Source of the DNA: Octopus sinensis
Taxonomy: Eukaryota
Direction of reading: 5' to 3'
DNA: 64,000 nt
NCBI RefSeq assembly: GCF_006345805.1
Contig: NC_043000.1
Span: 56,854,001 to 56,918,000, forward strand
The position numbers and the translations under genes are program-made. Of the stretch, positions 1 through 12,859 are shown piece after piece; position 1 is the stretch's first letter; every line of letters begins with the position of its first letter. The notes beneath the pieces were generated by a model, which searched no databases, was not told the origin of the DNA, and saw nothing but the letters and a program-made list of their open reading frames with translations.

Positions 1-452
1 ATCACCACCACCACCACTGCCACCAACACTACCATTACTGCCACTATCACCATCACTACAACCACCACCAAAACTAGCATCACTACCAGCACCACCACCA
101 GTCCACCACCACCAGCATCACATCCATCACTAACACCACCAGTACCACCACTAACACCATCAACTACATCACCAACACTACCATTACTAACACCACCATC
201 ACCACTACCACCGTCACCAACACTACCATCACCACTACCACCATTACCACTACCATCACTCTGAAGAGCACTAACAATTACAACTGACAATTTCTAACAA
301 CAGCATGGGGGAGGAGTGTCACCACCATCATCACCATCACTACCAGTAATACCACCAATTCCACTGCCACCAAAACCCCCTCATCATCACCACCACTACC
401 ACTATCATCACCACCTCCATCACCAACCATCACAATCACTAACGACATGATC
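1..452. repeat. Cryptic trinucleotide repeat (ACC/ACT/ATC)n
   Basis: Continuous CAC/CAT/CTA-type triplets whose register shifts, a pattern typical of a slippage-derived tract rather than coding DNA. Confidence 0.9.
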
Positions 453-1181
453 ACTAGTTTATAACTTCTTGCAGCAAGTAAGAATTTTGACTTTTTTCTT
501 TAATTTCTTTTATTTCTTTCTTATTCTTTGAGTGAAGCTATGGAGGAAAGGTACAGAGTTTCTGTCTGTCTTTCTTTCTTTCTTTCTTTTCAGATAAAGC
601 TTATAATTTCTCATTCTCCTCTTTTCTTTCATTTTTTTTCTTTTCTTCTTTTTTCCCTTTCATTTCCTACAATCATCTATCTATCTCATGCATTCATCAT
701 TACCTCCCCCCCACCACCACCACCAATTTTTTGCCTATCCTTCAAGCTCTTTCTCTCTGTCTACCTACCTCACTTTCACTTTCACTCTCTTCTTCTCTCT
801 CCCTAACACACACACACTCACACATGCATACACACACACACACACACAGACACACACACAAGCTAACTTTATTTTTTCTCTCTATTTCTTTGCTCTTTCT
901 CGAACACAGTTTGTTGGAAAGTCAGAAAAAAAAATTTATCCAAGTAAAGCAAAAACAACAACAGCAAAAAAAAAGTTAAGTTCTTTCTTACCCAATTACT
1001 GCTGCCACATTTATCTTTTAGACTTCCAAATGGATGTCATATAATCCTATTGTGCATATGCATGTGTCTTTTGACTTATTAGTTATTTTACTCCTTTTTT
1101 TTACTTTCATTTAAAAAAATTTTTTTCTTTGGGAAAAAAATGGTTAAAAATCTCCCATAATGTTTTATGGTGAAATTTGCC

Positions 1182-1217
<36 letters not shown>

Positions 1218-1325
1218 ACGTATATATGCATGTATATACATCTGCACACACACACACACACACTGCGTGTGTATGTATATATACACCTCTGTATGTATAT
1301 TTACATACATCATATACGCATACAT

Positions 1326-1356
<31 letters not shown>

Positions 1357-1361
1357 CTACA

Positions 1362-1406
<45 letters not shown>

Positions 1407-1566
1407 TATGTACGTATGTATGTATGTACGCATGTATATATAACTAATATTCATGTCTAAAGCTCAATTTCAATCCATCATTCATCTCTGTTCAGACTCA
1501 ATTTCTTTTGAGGAGTTAGAAATAAAGTGTACCCAAATTTATTGATTTTTTTTTATTTCTTTATTT

Positions 1567-1597
<31 letters not shown>

Positions 1598-1724
1598 TAG
1601 TTCTTGTTCCTCTTCAAGTCTCCAGAATCATTTGCTATATTCTCTTTCTAAACTGCACATTATTACTGCTTTCTTCTAGCCTCACATGAATCCAGAATTA
1701 ATTCTATTTTACTTTTCATATATA

Positions 1725-1780
<56 letters not shown>

Positions 1781-2386
1781 GTCAGTTCGATCACTTATTT
1801 TTCCTTAGTTATCATCATCATCAACATCAATGGCAATAGTAAATGTAGCAGCCTCATAATTTCATTTAACATACATTTTTATTTTATTTTTTTATTTTTT
1901 GAAACTCATTCTCTGCTGTCTTTAAGATGTAGATGTGTTACAATAGAAGCACATAAAGACAGAACTTCCAAAATTCAGAAACACTCCAGTAAATTGATGT
2001 GTGATGTTGTGTGTTACACTTATCTGTAAATATGTTGAAACCCGTCTACATTCTATTATGAAAAGTGTAACAACACAACCAACCTTTCCCAGTAATAATG
2101 CAGGTGATGAGAATATATTATTTAGATTCATAGCCTGGAGCAGACATGTACAACCCTCTTTTTTAATAAGTGCACTTTATGGGATATTTGCTCATCATAA
2201 ATCAAAGCTACACTTGTGTAAGATGTTTGGTGTAATATATCTTTATATGTTTAGTGTAATGTATGCATTACACAAAACATGTCATAAAAATATAATACAC
2301 AAAAGATATAAAAAGATATTAGTGTTGAATTTATATTACAAATACATGAGCAGATGTGCAAAGCAATGACAAACTATACAAACCTA

Positions 2387-2883
2387 AGACCAGTTCAGAT
2401 ATGTTTGAGATGTATGTAAAAGTTTTTCACTGTAGTCTGTCATGGAGAAAAAAACTTGCTTTTGACAAGAGGTATTAAAAACATCATAGTCAGTACAGAG
2501 TGCCTTCTATTGAACTTATGGATGCATTTCAAACTCTTTTCTTCTCCTCAGTACCAGATACAAAGAGAAGCAACTCTGAGCTGATTAAGAAGCAAAGCTT
2601 CCTTCATCATAAGTCACTAAATATTATTTACTAATTGCACAGCCTGCCAGGTTTGAACAAATATGTAAGAAAAATGCACAAAGCAGCAATGGAATGTATA
2701 GAAACTTAAGGCTAGTTCAAATGTGTTTGAGATATACTTAGACCTGTAAAGGCTTTTCCCCTCTGTCTGACTATGATGTCTAAACACCTTTTGTCTTAAC
2801 CGAGAATTGTTTTTTTCTATGACAAACAGCAGTGAAAAGCTTTTACAGGTTCAAATATATGTCACACATATCTGAACTGGTCT
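2387..2883. mobile_element. TA-flanked MITE with long imperfect TIRs and an internal extra TIR copy
   Basis: Ends read TA|AGACCAGTTCAGATATG ... CATATCTGAACTGGTCT|TA, a perfect 17-bp terminal inverted repeat. Inverted homology extends over ~115-125 bp (2387-2500 vs 2761-2883). A partial left-end copy lies at 2709-2758. Confidence 0.75.
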
Positions 2884-4429
2884 TATGATAACATAGAATT
2901 TTGGTAAAAAGTTAAAATGCTTAAGTAATGATATGTATGCCCAGAAAATATCATAAAAGGCTGTATGCAATCCAAGTGACACATGTCACAGGTCACCCAA
3001 GCCTAGCATAAAGCACATCAGAAACATATATATAGATATAAATATATATATATATTAGAAGAAATGAGGTAATCAGAAGATCGGATGGTTCATATTTATA
3101 GATATTTATTTATATATTACATTTTTTACATATATATATCATATCATTCAGATCATATCATTCAGATTATTAGCGCTTTCTCCCATTCTGGTGGGGTTTT
3201 CAAATCAAATATATATATATATATAAGGGACTAAATTCATGAACAGCAACAAGACCAGCAGCAAAAAAATCATAAAATAACCAGACAAAACAGGAGATTC
3301 AATGCCAGTGGTTCTTAAATAGTGTGTTATGGTGCACTGATGCACTACAAAGAGTATCTAGGCATGTCACATATTTTTCAGAAATCTGTGACACACCTAG
3401 ATACTCCTTTTAATTAAGAACTCATCCAAATCCATCCCCAGTCCTATGATATAAACTTCCTGTTTTAAAAGAATCTAAATTAAAATCTCCTACAAAGATT
3501 TCATGTTAATTTCATATTCCAAACACTAGCTTAATAAAGACAAAATTATTTTACTGAATTCCTCATTAGTTTCAAAATTAATTGAAACAAAGGCAGTGTT
3601 TCAACAGTAATATGGTAACAAAAGGGATGGCTTTAGAAAATCCATATTAATGCTTAAGTGTTTAAAAACATATTATTTATGATTAATAAAGAAGTTAAGA
3701 AATTATTTTCTATATATTTTTCTAAATTTTTTTAAATTTTAGAACTTGTTTTTAAACTTTCCTTACAAAAATGTATCAGTAATTTTTTTATTTAATTGTC
3801 AGTGTGCCATGAAATTAAAAACATTGTCTTCATTATACAATATTCAATGATCCATTCAAATCTACCCAGAAGTAACAGCCAAATTTTCCTTCACCCTTTC
3901 TTACCAGGTTTCTTCCAAATTACACTACTTTTCTTTCAATTAATTTTGAAAATAATGAAGAATTTAGTAAAAAGACTTTGTCATTATTAAGCTGGTGTTT
4001 TGGAACATAAATTAACAAGAAATTTTCAATGAATGCTTCTAATTTAGTATACACAAGCAGATTAGTGTTGGAACAATTAATCACAACATGCCACTTTAAA
4101 AAATGAAGGCCATATTGGATAATGTAATCCTAGACACACTATGCGCAAATAAACTACAGAATAGTCAAACTTAAAATGACTGATTGATGTGGTCTGCTCA
4201 GTCAGGCCAAGTATGATGGTCAAAAAGATAGTCGAAAATAGAATGCTTTTCATCATAAGTCTTTGATGAGGGATGACATCAGGTTAAACAACAACAATTA
4301 AAATAAAATTTTGTCATTAGTGACAGAAGCTGTATTAGTTCTGAATAATAATCTGGGTATCTTACTTAACATAGATATACCATAAGAAAGCCACACTACT
4401 GTGGTATTCATCTGGAGAAAACATCTCAT

Positions 4430-4612
4430 ATGTGAGAGTGTGCTGAAAAGTTCCTGGCTTTAAGGGTATCATTTATATGGCTTAGAAAAACTGAAGGACT
4501 GCTGCTATAAGTGTGTGAATCTGAGAGGGAAACAGGTTGAATAAAATCATAATTTACTGATCCTTCTGAGTTTTCTTTTACCTAAAGTCAGAAACTTTTC
4601 AGCACCCCGTCA
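4430..4612 (+). mobile_element. Internally deleted mariner element (MITE-like)
   Basis: TIRs GTGCTGAAAAGTTCCTGGCTTT (4440-4461) and AAAGTCAGAAACTTTTCAGCAC (4584-4605). Bases 4479-4544 translate GLEKLKDCCYKCVNLRGKQVE*, matching the mariner transposase C-terminus (GI.KL..RW.KC...G.Y.E). Confidence 0.8.
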
Positions 4613-5485
4613 GAGATGTATAGTATTAAGAATCACAGAAGTATCAGTAGCAGATGTAGTCAGCTGCTAGACACATCTATTGATACTTCTGTCTACTACA
4701 GATGCTTCCTCAAGATGAATACCACCAATAAAATTTTAATTGGTGACTCAAGAATGGATTATTAACTAAGCTCTTACTTTTTAAATCTAGAACTTATTTT
4801 CTCAGTTTTTTTTGCTGAACTACTAAGTTATAGGGACAGAGATAAACCAACAATGAATGTCAAGCAGTGGTGGGAACAAACACAAACACATACACAAACA
4901 TAATTATATGTATAAAGGATTAGGTAGAAGTTTTAAGGCTGATATTTTCCCTCTTTTTTTTTAGCAAGACACAGTTAAGAGGAAAGGGGTTATTGTTTTA
5001 TTCCCAGGCCAGCCTTGACTAAGCAAATGGGATTATCTCAGAGCATTTTCTTATATTTTCCATGTGGAGTGCACTGGTAAGTCAAAAATATTGAGAACTA
5101 TTGTTATAAACAGACACTTAACCTACTAAAAGTAACAGCTAAATCTCTGTTAAATCAGAGAAAAGGAGATAGTGAAAGAAAGAAAGAAAGAAAAAAGAAA
5201 GGAAGGAAGGAAGAGAGGAAGAGTGATAGAAAGAAAGAAAAACATATTTACATACATACACGATGATGGCTGTCCACTTGTAACTGAGAAAGACCACCAC
5301 TAACCATTGAGAACATTGTGCGGAAAGACTTCCGCCCCCACCCACACCCCATCCATTTTCTCAAAAATTTGTCTTTTTTTTTTTGCCAAAAAACCCCATT
5401 TTCAGATACAGAGGTTCCGGAAAATTGATAAAAATCGGCATTGTGAAATTTCCCACCCCACCAAATCTTCAATTTTTACTTTTTT

Positions 5486-5587
5486 CCCTAATACTAACCC
5501 TAACCCTAAATCCCTAACCCTAACCCTAAAACCCTAACCCCAACCCTAAAACCCTAAAACCCTAACCCTAACACCCTAACCTTAACT
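5486..5587 (-). repeat. Degenerate interstitial telomere-like tract (TTAGGG)n
   Basis: About 14 CCCTAA or variant hexamers on the + strand with 2-nt interruptions. Confidence 0.85.
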
Positions 5588-6329
5588 ACATAAATGTTTT
5601 GAAATTTTTGTCCGAATCATAATGTCCATACTTTTCCGCATATTTAGAAGAAAAAAAATTCTTTAAAAAAATTTTACAAAAATCTTTGGAAATTTTTTTC
5701 AGACTCATAATCTCTGTATTTTTCTGCATGTTTAAAAAAAAAGGGTGGGTTTTTTTTTGGGGGGGGGGGGAGTGCATTGAGACAAATTTATACTTTACTC
5801 TGGTGGCTATGCTGGTGACTAATTAGCCCAGGTCTTGCTAAACATACATGCCCACAGATATTACATACCAAACTTGCACCTTTCACTACATGGCAGTGCA
5901 TTTCTGAGCAGCTCACTTAAATTCTACATTAAAAAATGCATGTTTTTTTCAAAAATATCCACTTCTTCCTTTACTTGTTTCCTTCATTGGTGGTAATGAC
6001 AAGCATTGCTGTCCCAGTTGATCTCCCATATTTCACATGCCTTCAAGAAGGACTTCACACAATATTTAAATCAAAGTCTTGGTTTCTGTTGGGTGTGCTT
6101 TCTACAAACAAATTCACTAGAGAGCATCTACTTAGGGATCATTTGATCATTCATATGAATGACATGTCCAGCCCAATTTAAACCGTGCATGTACACCATC
6201 ACCTCAATGCTCAGGACAAACACAAACTTTCATATCCACACAAATCAGCAAACAAAGTGGACAAAAATAGTACTCAAATACCAAAGGTAGAGTAACATGC
6301 ATTTTATTAAAGCCGAAAAAATCTTCACA

Positions 6330-6371
6330 AACTGTTACTCAGCATTTCACATTACCGTTTGTCAGACAGTT
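6330..6371 (-). ncRNA. Minimal type I hammerhead ribozyme motif (degenerate, G8A)
   Basis: Minus strand reads AACTGT-CTGACAA-AC GGTAAT GT-GAAA-T GCTGA G-TA-ACAGTT. This gives a 6-bp stem I, a 2-bp stem II, GAAA, a short stem III and a GUA cleavage triplet. The core is CUGACAA instead of CUGANGA. Confidence 0.65.
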
Positions 6372-6393
6372 GTAATCATACTAATGATCATAC

Positions 6394-6429
6394 AACTGTC
6401 TGATGAACAGGAAACTCTGAGGAACTGTT
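6394..6429 (+). ncRNA. Minimal type I hammerhead ribozyme motif (degenerate)
   Basis: AACTGT-CTGATGA-ACAG-GAAA-C TCTGA G-GA-ACTGTT. The CUGAUGA and GAAA boxes are intact, but stem II is shortened, U16.1 is changed to G and stem I has one mismatch. Confidence 0.55.
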
Positions 6430-6954
6430 TGTGAAAAGTTTTTCGACTTAAATAAAAAACATAAACTTATATTTACGGAGATGTACTTGCATAGCAAGTG
6501 ACCTGATCTGAGATTGTGCGCTGGAACGAAAACAATTGCAGCGTGGAAGGGTGTTTATAAACCATTTAAGAAACACAGAAAATCCGTTAGAATATATATC
6601 TTAAGACAATTAACATGAAGGATCTTCAGAGATAGTAAGTCACAGTAATCATAGCAACTTTGAGACATTTAGCTGATTGATGCTCATAAGATGTGATGTA
6701 TGACTGTTTTCTTGATATGCAGATTACACAGTGACTGAGTCTTTGTGCTGCTGACTGAGATGAAGCCATCATCCTCAGTGGTGGATGTTTTCAAATTGGA
6801 TATTCAAGGCTGCAGTGAAAATTAGCCTTAAAGTCTCTGGTTTGCACACCAGTCTGCAGGAGGTTATACAGAAATTAAAGCATAGTAACACTTACTACAT
6901 TTTAAGTCAATATAAAATACCTTGACAACTAAAAGTGAGAAATAAGTCTCAATT

Positions 6955-7216
6955 TTTTTTTTTTTTAATATTTTTACGTTTCAGTCATTACACTGCAGCC
7001 ATGCTGGGACACCAACTTGAAGAAATTTGGTCAAATAAATCAGCCCCTGTACTCATTTTTTTAAAGTTTTGTACTTATGCTATTGGGCTCTTTTGCCAAA
7101 CAACTAAGTCATGGGGGTGTAAATACACCAACACTGGTTGTGAAGCTGTGGTTGGAGAACAAGTACACACATACACACACACACACACATCATCATCATC
7201 ATCATCATCATCATCA

Positions 7217-7253
<37 letters not shown>

Positions 7254-7428
7254 GTAATCATCGTAATCATCATCATCATCATCACCACCACCACCACCAC
7301 CATCCTTTAATGTCCGTTTTATCATGCTGATATGAGTTGGATGATTTTGACAAGCCAGAAGACTGCACCAGGCTTTACTGTCCATTTTGGCATGGATGCC
7401 CTTCCTTACACCAACCACCTTACAGAGT

Positions 7429-7466
<38 letters not shown>

Positions 7467-7628
7467 TGGCTTCTTTCAGGTTCCATCTACCAAAATCCAT
7501 TCACAAGGCTTTGGCCAGCCTGAGGCTTTAGTAGAAAACACTTGCCCAAGGTGCCACACAGTCGGACAGAACCTGGAACCATGTGGTTGAGAAGCAAACT
7601 TCTTACCACACAGCCATGTCTTAGGACA
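6955..7628 (-). mobile_element. tRNA/CORE-type SINE (family A) split by an RTE 3' fragment
   Basis: Tail at ~6955-7180 and head at ~7455-7628 match the full copies at 31875 and 58622. An RTE 3' end with its (ATC)n tail sits at ~7190-7425 inside the central microsatellite. Confidence 0.8.
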
Positions 7629-8013
7629 TAAAGGGTTAAGTGTGTGTATGTGTGTGGGTGGGGGGTAGAATGGTTAGAAGTCACACTGTAAAGATCTTTA
7701 AATTCTTTTATTCCTAACCAGAACTACCAGACCTCATTTCATAAACCTTGTATGTGCGTGAGTATGTATGTGAGTTTCTTTGTTGTAATAATAGCTGTTT
7801 TATATGATAAAAGTTATGTTTTCTATGAAAATGTTACAGGCCAGACATATAAAAATTACAATAGAAATGAAAATATATGACAATGTATGATGGGAATCAA
7901 AGGAAACATCTCTTTTTGCAAGTATTTATCATCATCATCATAGTAGTAGTGGTGGTGGTGGTGGTAGTGGTAGTAGTAGTAGTGGTGGTGGTAGTAGTAA
8001 TAGCAGCAGCAGC

Positions 8014-8053
<40 letters not shown>

Positions 8054-8205
8054 TCATCATCATCATTATCATCACCATCATCGATTTAAAACAACAATTT
8101 ATTCACATCTGAAAATTACCTAACCAGTTGGAACTGACATTCAACAGGTCTTGGAAAATATTGTCAGTCAAATCTGTTTTTTTTTTTTTTTTGTTTTTTT
8201 TTTTT

Positions 8206-8396
8206 AGCTGGCAGAAACGTTAGCACACTGGGTGAAATGTTTAGTGGTATTCTGAGTTCAAATTCCGCTGAGGCCAACTTTGCCTTTCAGGGTTGATAAA
8301 TTAAGTACCAGTTGCGTACTGGGATTGATCTAATTTACCAGTACCCTCCCCAAAATTTTCAGGCCTTGTGCCTAGAGTAGGAAAGATTATTATTAT
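8206..8396 (+). mobile_element. tRNA-derived SINE (family B, Meta-domain-like core)
   Basis: GCTGGCAGAAACGTTAG head, GAGTTCAAATTCCG B box and the CTTTGCCTTTCA...ATAAATTAAGTACCAG core shared with many copies in the window. Confidence 0.8.
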
Positions 8397-9739
8397 CTGG
8401 GCCTTCATCATTAAATGACTGAGATCTGCTCCAGATAAGCATATATGCATACATATACACACATGTGTACACACACACACACATGCAACACACACACAAA
8501 TTTGAATTTTTTTTTTTAATTTGTAAGGACACAAGCATGGATGTGTGTTCAAGCGTTTTAGGATTAATTCTTACTGCCCTGTTTCTTAGACCAGAACCTT
8601 CTACATTAGCCATGTGTTGCCCAATTAAAGCTTTGTGTGTGAAATTTGATAGATAAAGACTGCAGAAACTTGTGGTGTGTGTGTGTGTTAACAAGTATAA
8701 AGTGCTCCTTTACACACACACACACACACACACAGACACACACACACACAGACACACACACACACAAGGGTAGTAACTCTCAAAATTGATGTAACACTGT
8801 TTTTTACCATAATATTACGTCAATCCAAGCTTCGTGAGTGAAACTGGAGAAACAGAAACAACATGAAAGCCTACTGGATGGATTGAATCAGTAATTCAAA
8901 GACCCAGCCTGGTCACACTGTGTCATTTTGATTCTACCTGAAAATTATGATAAGGGTGCAGGTCAGGACAGGTATGGGGAAATATGTTGTTGCAGTGTAT
9001 CACAGCATCCACCATTTGTCGGTGATTTGCTACTCCTGGTTGATGAGGCCTTTGCACCACTCAGGCAACAACCTTCTAACACCTGGATGCATTTGGGTAG
9101 TCACTGCTGATGAGGGTTTTATGAGGTCAGAGTACAAATTCTATTTCAACCTCTTTCAGTTGCTTTTGACGACACACAGAGAAGACATTGGGTCTGTTCT
9201 TTGGCATGCCATTCCCTGCACTGCATAAAGGTGCACATATGTTAAATTTTCAGCTACTTGCATGCTACTTAAAAAAAGCACTTCACTGGGCAATGATTAA
9301 AGAGTGAGAAAGCCATCAGCTACAAACAAGTAGAGTTTGGTAACATGTATCATACTTTTTCTAAATGTTTTTAAGTGTCTATGTAATCATATGTCAACAA
9401 CATAGACAGCCCTCAACTCCACCGAAGGGATGTGATAGAGAGGGAGTGGAAAGAGAGAGAGGAGAAGAAGAGAGAGGAGGAGGAGAGAGAGAAGAGCACC
9501 AGTACTTGATTGGTACTTATTTTCGGCAGTGTAGGCTGAAGTAATGGGAAATACTTTGATCAAGGACATAATGCACTGCCTGGTCCAGAAATTGAACCCA
9601 CAATTTTAAAATCATGAGCCAAACATCTTAACCACTAGTCTATATGCTTTCACAATGACTATTTATCTTCAAAACTGTTAATGATCCATTTACACTGCTT
9701 TTACCTAGTTCAAAAATCTGCAAATGCATGTTGACATTA

Positions 9740-10430
9740 ATATCTTTGTGAGAATATAGTGATAATCAATTACTGGGGCACAGATCACTGTACTGGAGAT
9801 AGTTTCATAACAAGTTTAATGAAAAGAGATTGTTTTATATCCTGAATGCATTATTTTCAACTGTGAAATACTTACTTCTAACTAAAAGAGGCCAATACAA
9901 AATTCTGACCCGCTAAATAAAGTGTGAATGCTTTTAGCAGTGAAAAACTGCTGCATAAATTATTGCCTCAAACCAAGAAAGTTATTGGTTGATGAAGGTA
10001 TAATTTCATTCAAGGACAGGCTGAAATTCTGTGAATTTAAGCTTGGGAAGCTGGCCAAACAGGGCATAAAAATTTGATGTATGTGCAAAGTAGACTCTAG
10101 ATATCAATGTGGCCTGAATATTAACTCCAGAAAACATAAAGAAAGTGTTAAAATGTGTGGATTTGATTACTTGATTACAGTGTGGTTTGGAATCTCTTAT
10201 GATTATGATCTTACTCATAATTAATTGAGATTTCTCAACTTTCAGCTCTGTCTTACAAACAGATCACCTAGAAACTATCAATACTAATATCAGCAGTAAG
10301 AGATCTTTCTAGAGAAATCAGAGATGCCAAACTAAAGCAATATAGCAACATTATTCAATTACAGAAAAGTAAAATCACTTTTCCCTACATGGTCTTTCAA
10401 CCTACGAGAAGTAGCAGCCAAGACTCCTTC
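9740..10430 (+). pseudogene. Decayed piggyBac transposase
   Basis: Interrupted frames give NYWGTD...SLMKRDCF, SDPLNKV*, LLVDEGIISFKDRLKF...KQGIKI*CMC and SREIRDAKLK. These are colinear with piggyBac motifs (DYWST, DPLYKVRP, SIDE.MIPFKGR...K.GIK). Multiple stops and frameshifts. Confidence 0.75.
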
Positions 10431-10469
10431 AAATCATAAATCTCGTCTTGAAAAGGGAATAAATAAAGT

Positions 10470-10720
10470 CATCATCATCATCATCATCATCATTTTATGT
10501 CCATCTTCCATGTTGGCATGGGTCAGATGGTTTGATGGGACCTGGCAGGCCCAAGGACAACATTACATCCCTATGTCTGCTTTTGAATGATTTCTATGGT
10601 TGGATACCCTTCCTAATACCAACCACTTTACAAAGTGTACTGGATACTTTCTTTTTTCATGGCACCAGCACTAGTGAGGTCACCATGCAGCTTACAAGAT
10701 TAAGATCCCCTTTGACTAAA
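10470..10720 (-). mobile_element. RTE LINE 3' fragment
   Basis: (ATC)n tail followed by the CCATGTTGGCATGGG...CCTTCCTAATACCAACCACT segment, the reverse complement of the RTE 3' UTR at 44320-44530. Confidence 0.75.
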
Positions 10721-12859
10721 TAGAAAGGGAGGTAGTTTTGTGCTAGGATATGAGAGGAGCAAGAACAGAACAGGTTCTTTGCTGTAGGGTAACTACATAG
10801 CTACTCAGATTATAGAAGAGTGAGTGAAAGTAATTGGAGTGGAGCTAGAAAGAAATAAAAATTGTAGTGATGAGGTGTCAGGGTGGATCCTCAAGGTACA
10901 AGAAGGTGAAAAGGAGATAGTTTTAAGAAACGTTTTCTCTGAAGAAAGAATGAGAAAGAAAGTCATGGCTGAACTATCTTTGATCTGTTCTTTCTGATTC
11001 AGTGTTCAACAACAACAGATGGTTCAAAGAGGGAGCCTCTGGACAGCTTCAAATGGAATATTATAGTCTCGAGAATAAACAACAATAAAAATAACAACAG
11101 CAGCAGAAGCAACAACAGACAGGCATGCATGCAGACAGAGAGAAGTGAAACATTTTAGTCTAAATGTATACAGCTTGAAGGGGACAGAAGAGAGAAAGCC
11201 ATATGCAAACAAGATTACAGTGCAGTATACACAGGAGAAGCAGACCAACAAGATCAACCTCTCTCATTTATTTATCATTAACTTGTAGGTGGAATTGAAA
11301 TAAAGCGGAAGCAATGATTGTGGTGATGAGAGTGATGACAACAGAAGTACACTGTATGGCAGCATATTGGTTAATTCAGCTGGAGTTTTCTCTGGCAACA
11401 GAAAAGTGATAATATTATATTATTACTATCAGAGTTTTCAGCCTGGTGTTGCTGAAGCAAAGGACAAAAGGATCTACAATCTTTCAAATTGTTAGATATC
11501 ACAGCCAACAATGTTGTCTCCAAGATGTATTGAAAATAAGATGGGATAGTCATAACTGGAATGGAATGCTTTTGAATATGGGTCTGTTCAATCAGGATTA
11601 ACAATAACTTAGTATTGCTGATTGACGGTTTGACAACTTGAGAAAGATGAACCAGCAGAGTTAAATACAAAAGATGCAGCATTTTCAAACCATTCCAAAG
11701 AGAAGGAGAGTGAAAGACAATGTAGGAAATATTCTCTACAAGAAAAGAAAGCAACCCTTGACTCACCCACCTGGTTGAGTTCATCATCATCTTTCAATCT
11801 TTCATGTGTGGTGTGTTACATAAACTACCACTTGTTCTTGTTTAGCTCCTGATCTAACTGACATATAACCAAACATTTCAACTTTAACAATCCCATCATT
11901 CTTGTGGGGGTTTTTTCAGGCAAAAATTATGTAAGACCACAATATCTAATATGTCCATATTGTTTTTAAGATGATTAAAGTAAAGATTTTAAGGAAACTC
12001 GGTAGTCATTTCTAGCAAATCAAGCAATCACATAGTGACTCACTCCCTTGTTGGCCAGCTCAAAGCTACCAGTTTGTAAGCCTGGATGTTTTATGACCTA
12101 TCATGATAAGAATTTAATAAATTGATTTATGGTAGTTTTTGTTTTCTGGTTCCCCTATGTAAACATAGCGATTTGATTGGAAAATGTCCATCATCTCCTT
12201 GCTTAGCCAGCAGGAGATGCAAGCTTTGATTCTCATCATACAATATCAGATATTTTCTTCACAATTGTAATGCTTTATATGTGTCTATCAGCTAACATTT
12301 CATATAAATCACAACTATTATCAAATAATATTATTCCTATATACGTTTACAAATCTGAAGCAGGAAGCTGGCAAAGTTGTTAGAGTACTGGATAAAATGC
12401 CTTACAGTGTTTGTTGCAGCTCTTTGCACACTGAGTTCAACTCCCACTGGGGTCAACTTTGTCTTTGATTCTTTCAGGGTGATGCATAAAGTACCAGTTC
12501 AGGATGGTGTTTTGCTAGAATTGTTAGTGCACTAGCTAAAGTGTATTGTAATATCTGTTCCTAATCCTTATGTACTGAGTTCAAATTCCACTTCCATCCA
12601 CTGCCTCCTCTTATTGGGAAATGGGGCCTTCAAGACACAGTAAATAATGATATCCAATGATAGGTGGAGCAATACATCAACTGAAACAATATCTTGGTTG
12701 CATCAATAGGAACAAGCTGACCCTACACAAAGTGGAATAAATGCTAAGAAAGAAAATATTTTCTCAAATCCATACTGTATCATTTATTTTGTTAATTAAT
12801 TTAACATCTGTTTTTCCATGCTAGCTTAGATTGGACAAGGAAATATTTGAGACAAATGT

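Larger units (their letters stand above)
6245..6595. mobile_element. Penelope-like retroelement fragment with inverted (fold-back) terminal repeat
   Basis: Inverted repeat 6310-6374 vs 6391-6449 carries hammerhead-like cores. Bases 6469-6590 recur inverted at 58300-58427. The Penelope assignment is inferred from the hammerhead plus inverted-repeat architecture. Confidence 0.55.

Noticed and set aside
1-264. Open Thr/Pro-rich frame resembling a mucin
   Set aside because: The triplet register shifts midway, there is no start or splice context, and identical cryptic repeats recur across the window.
5008-5076. 69-nt exon-like segment with GTAAGT donor, phase 2-2
   Set aside because: The acceptor and 5' half resemble the end of an old dispersed repeat seen inverted at ~4190-4300 and ~19855-19895. 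It may be an exonised repeat, but nothing supports that.
11289-11800. Protein-like open frames after an AG acceptor at 11288
   Set aside because: All frames are interrupted by stops and no family motif can be assigned with confidence.
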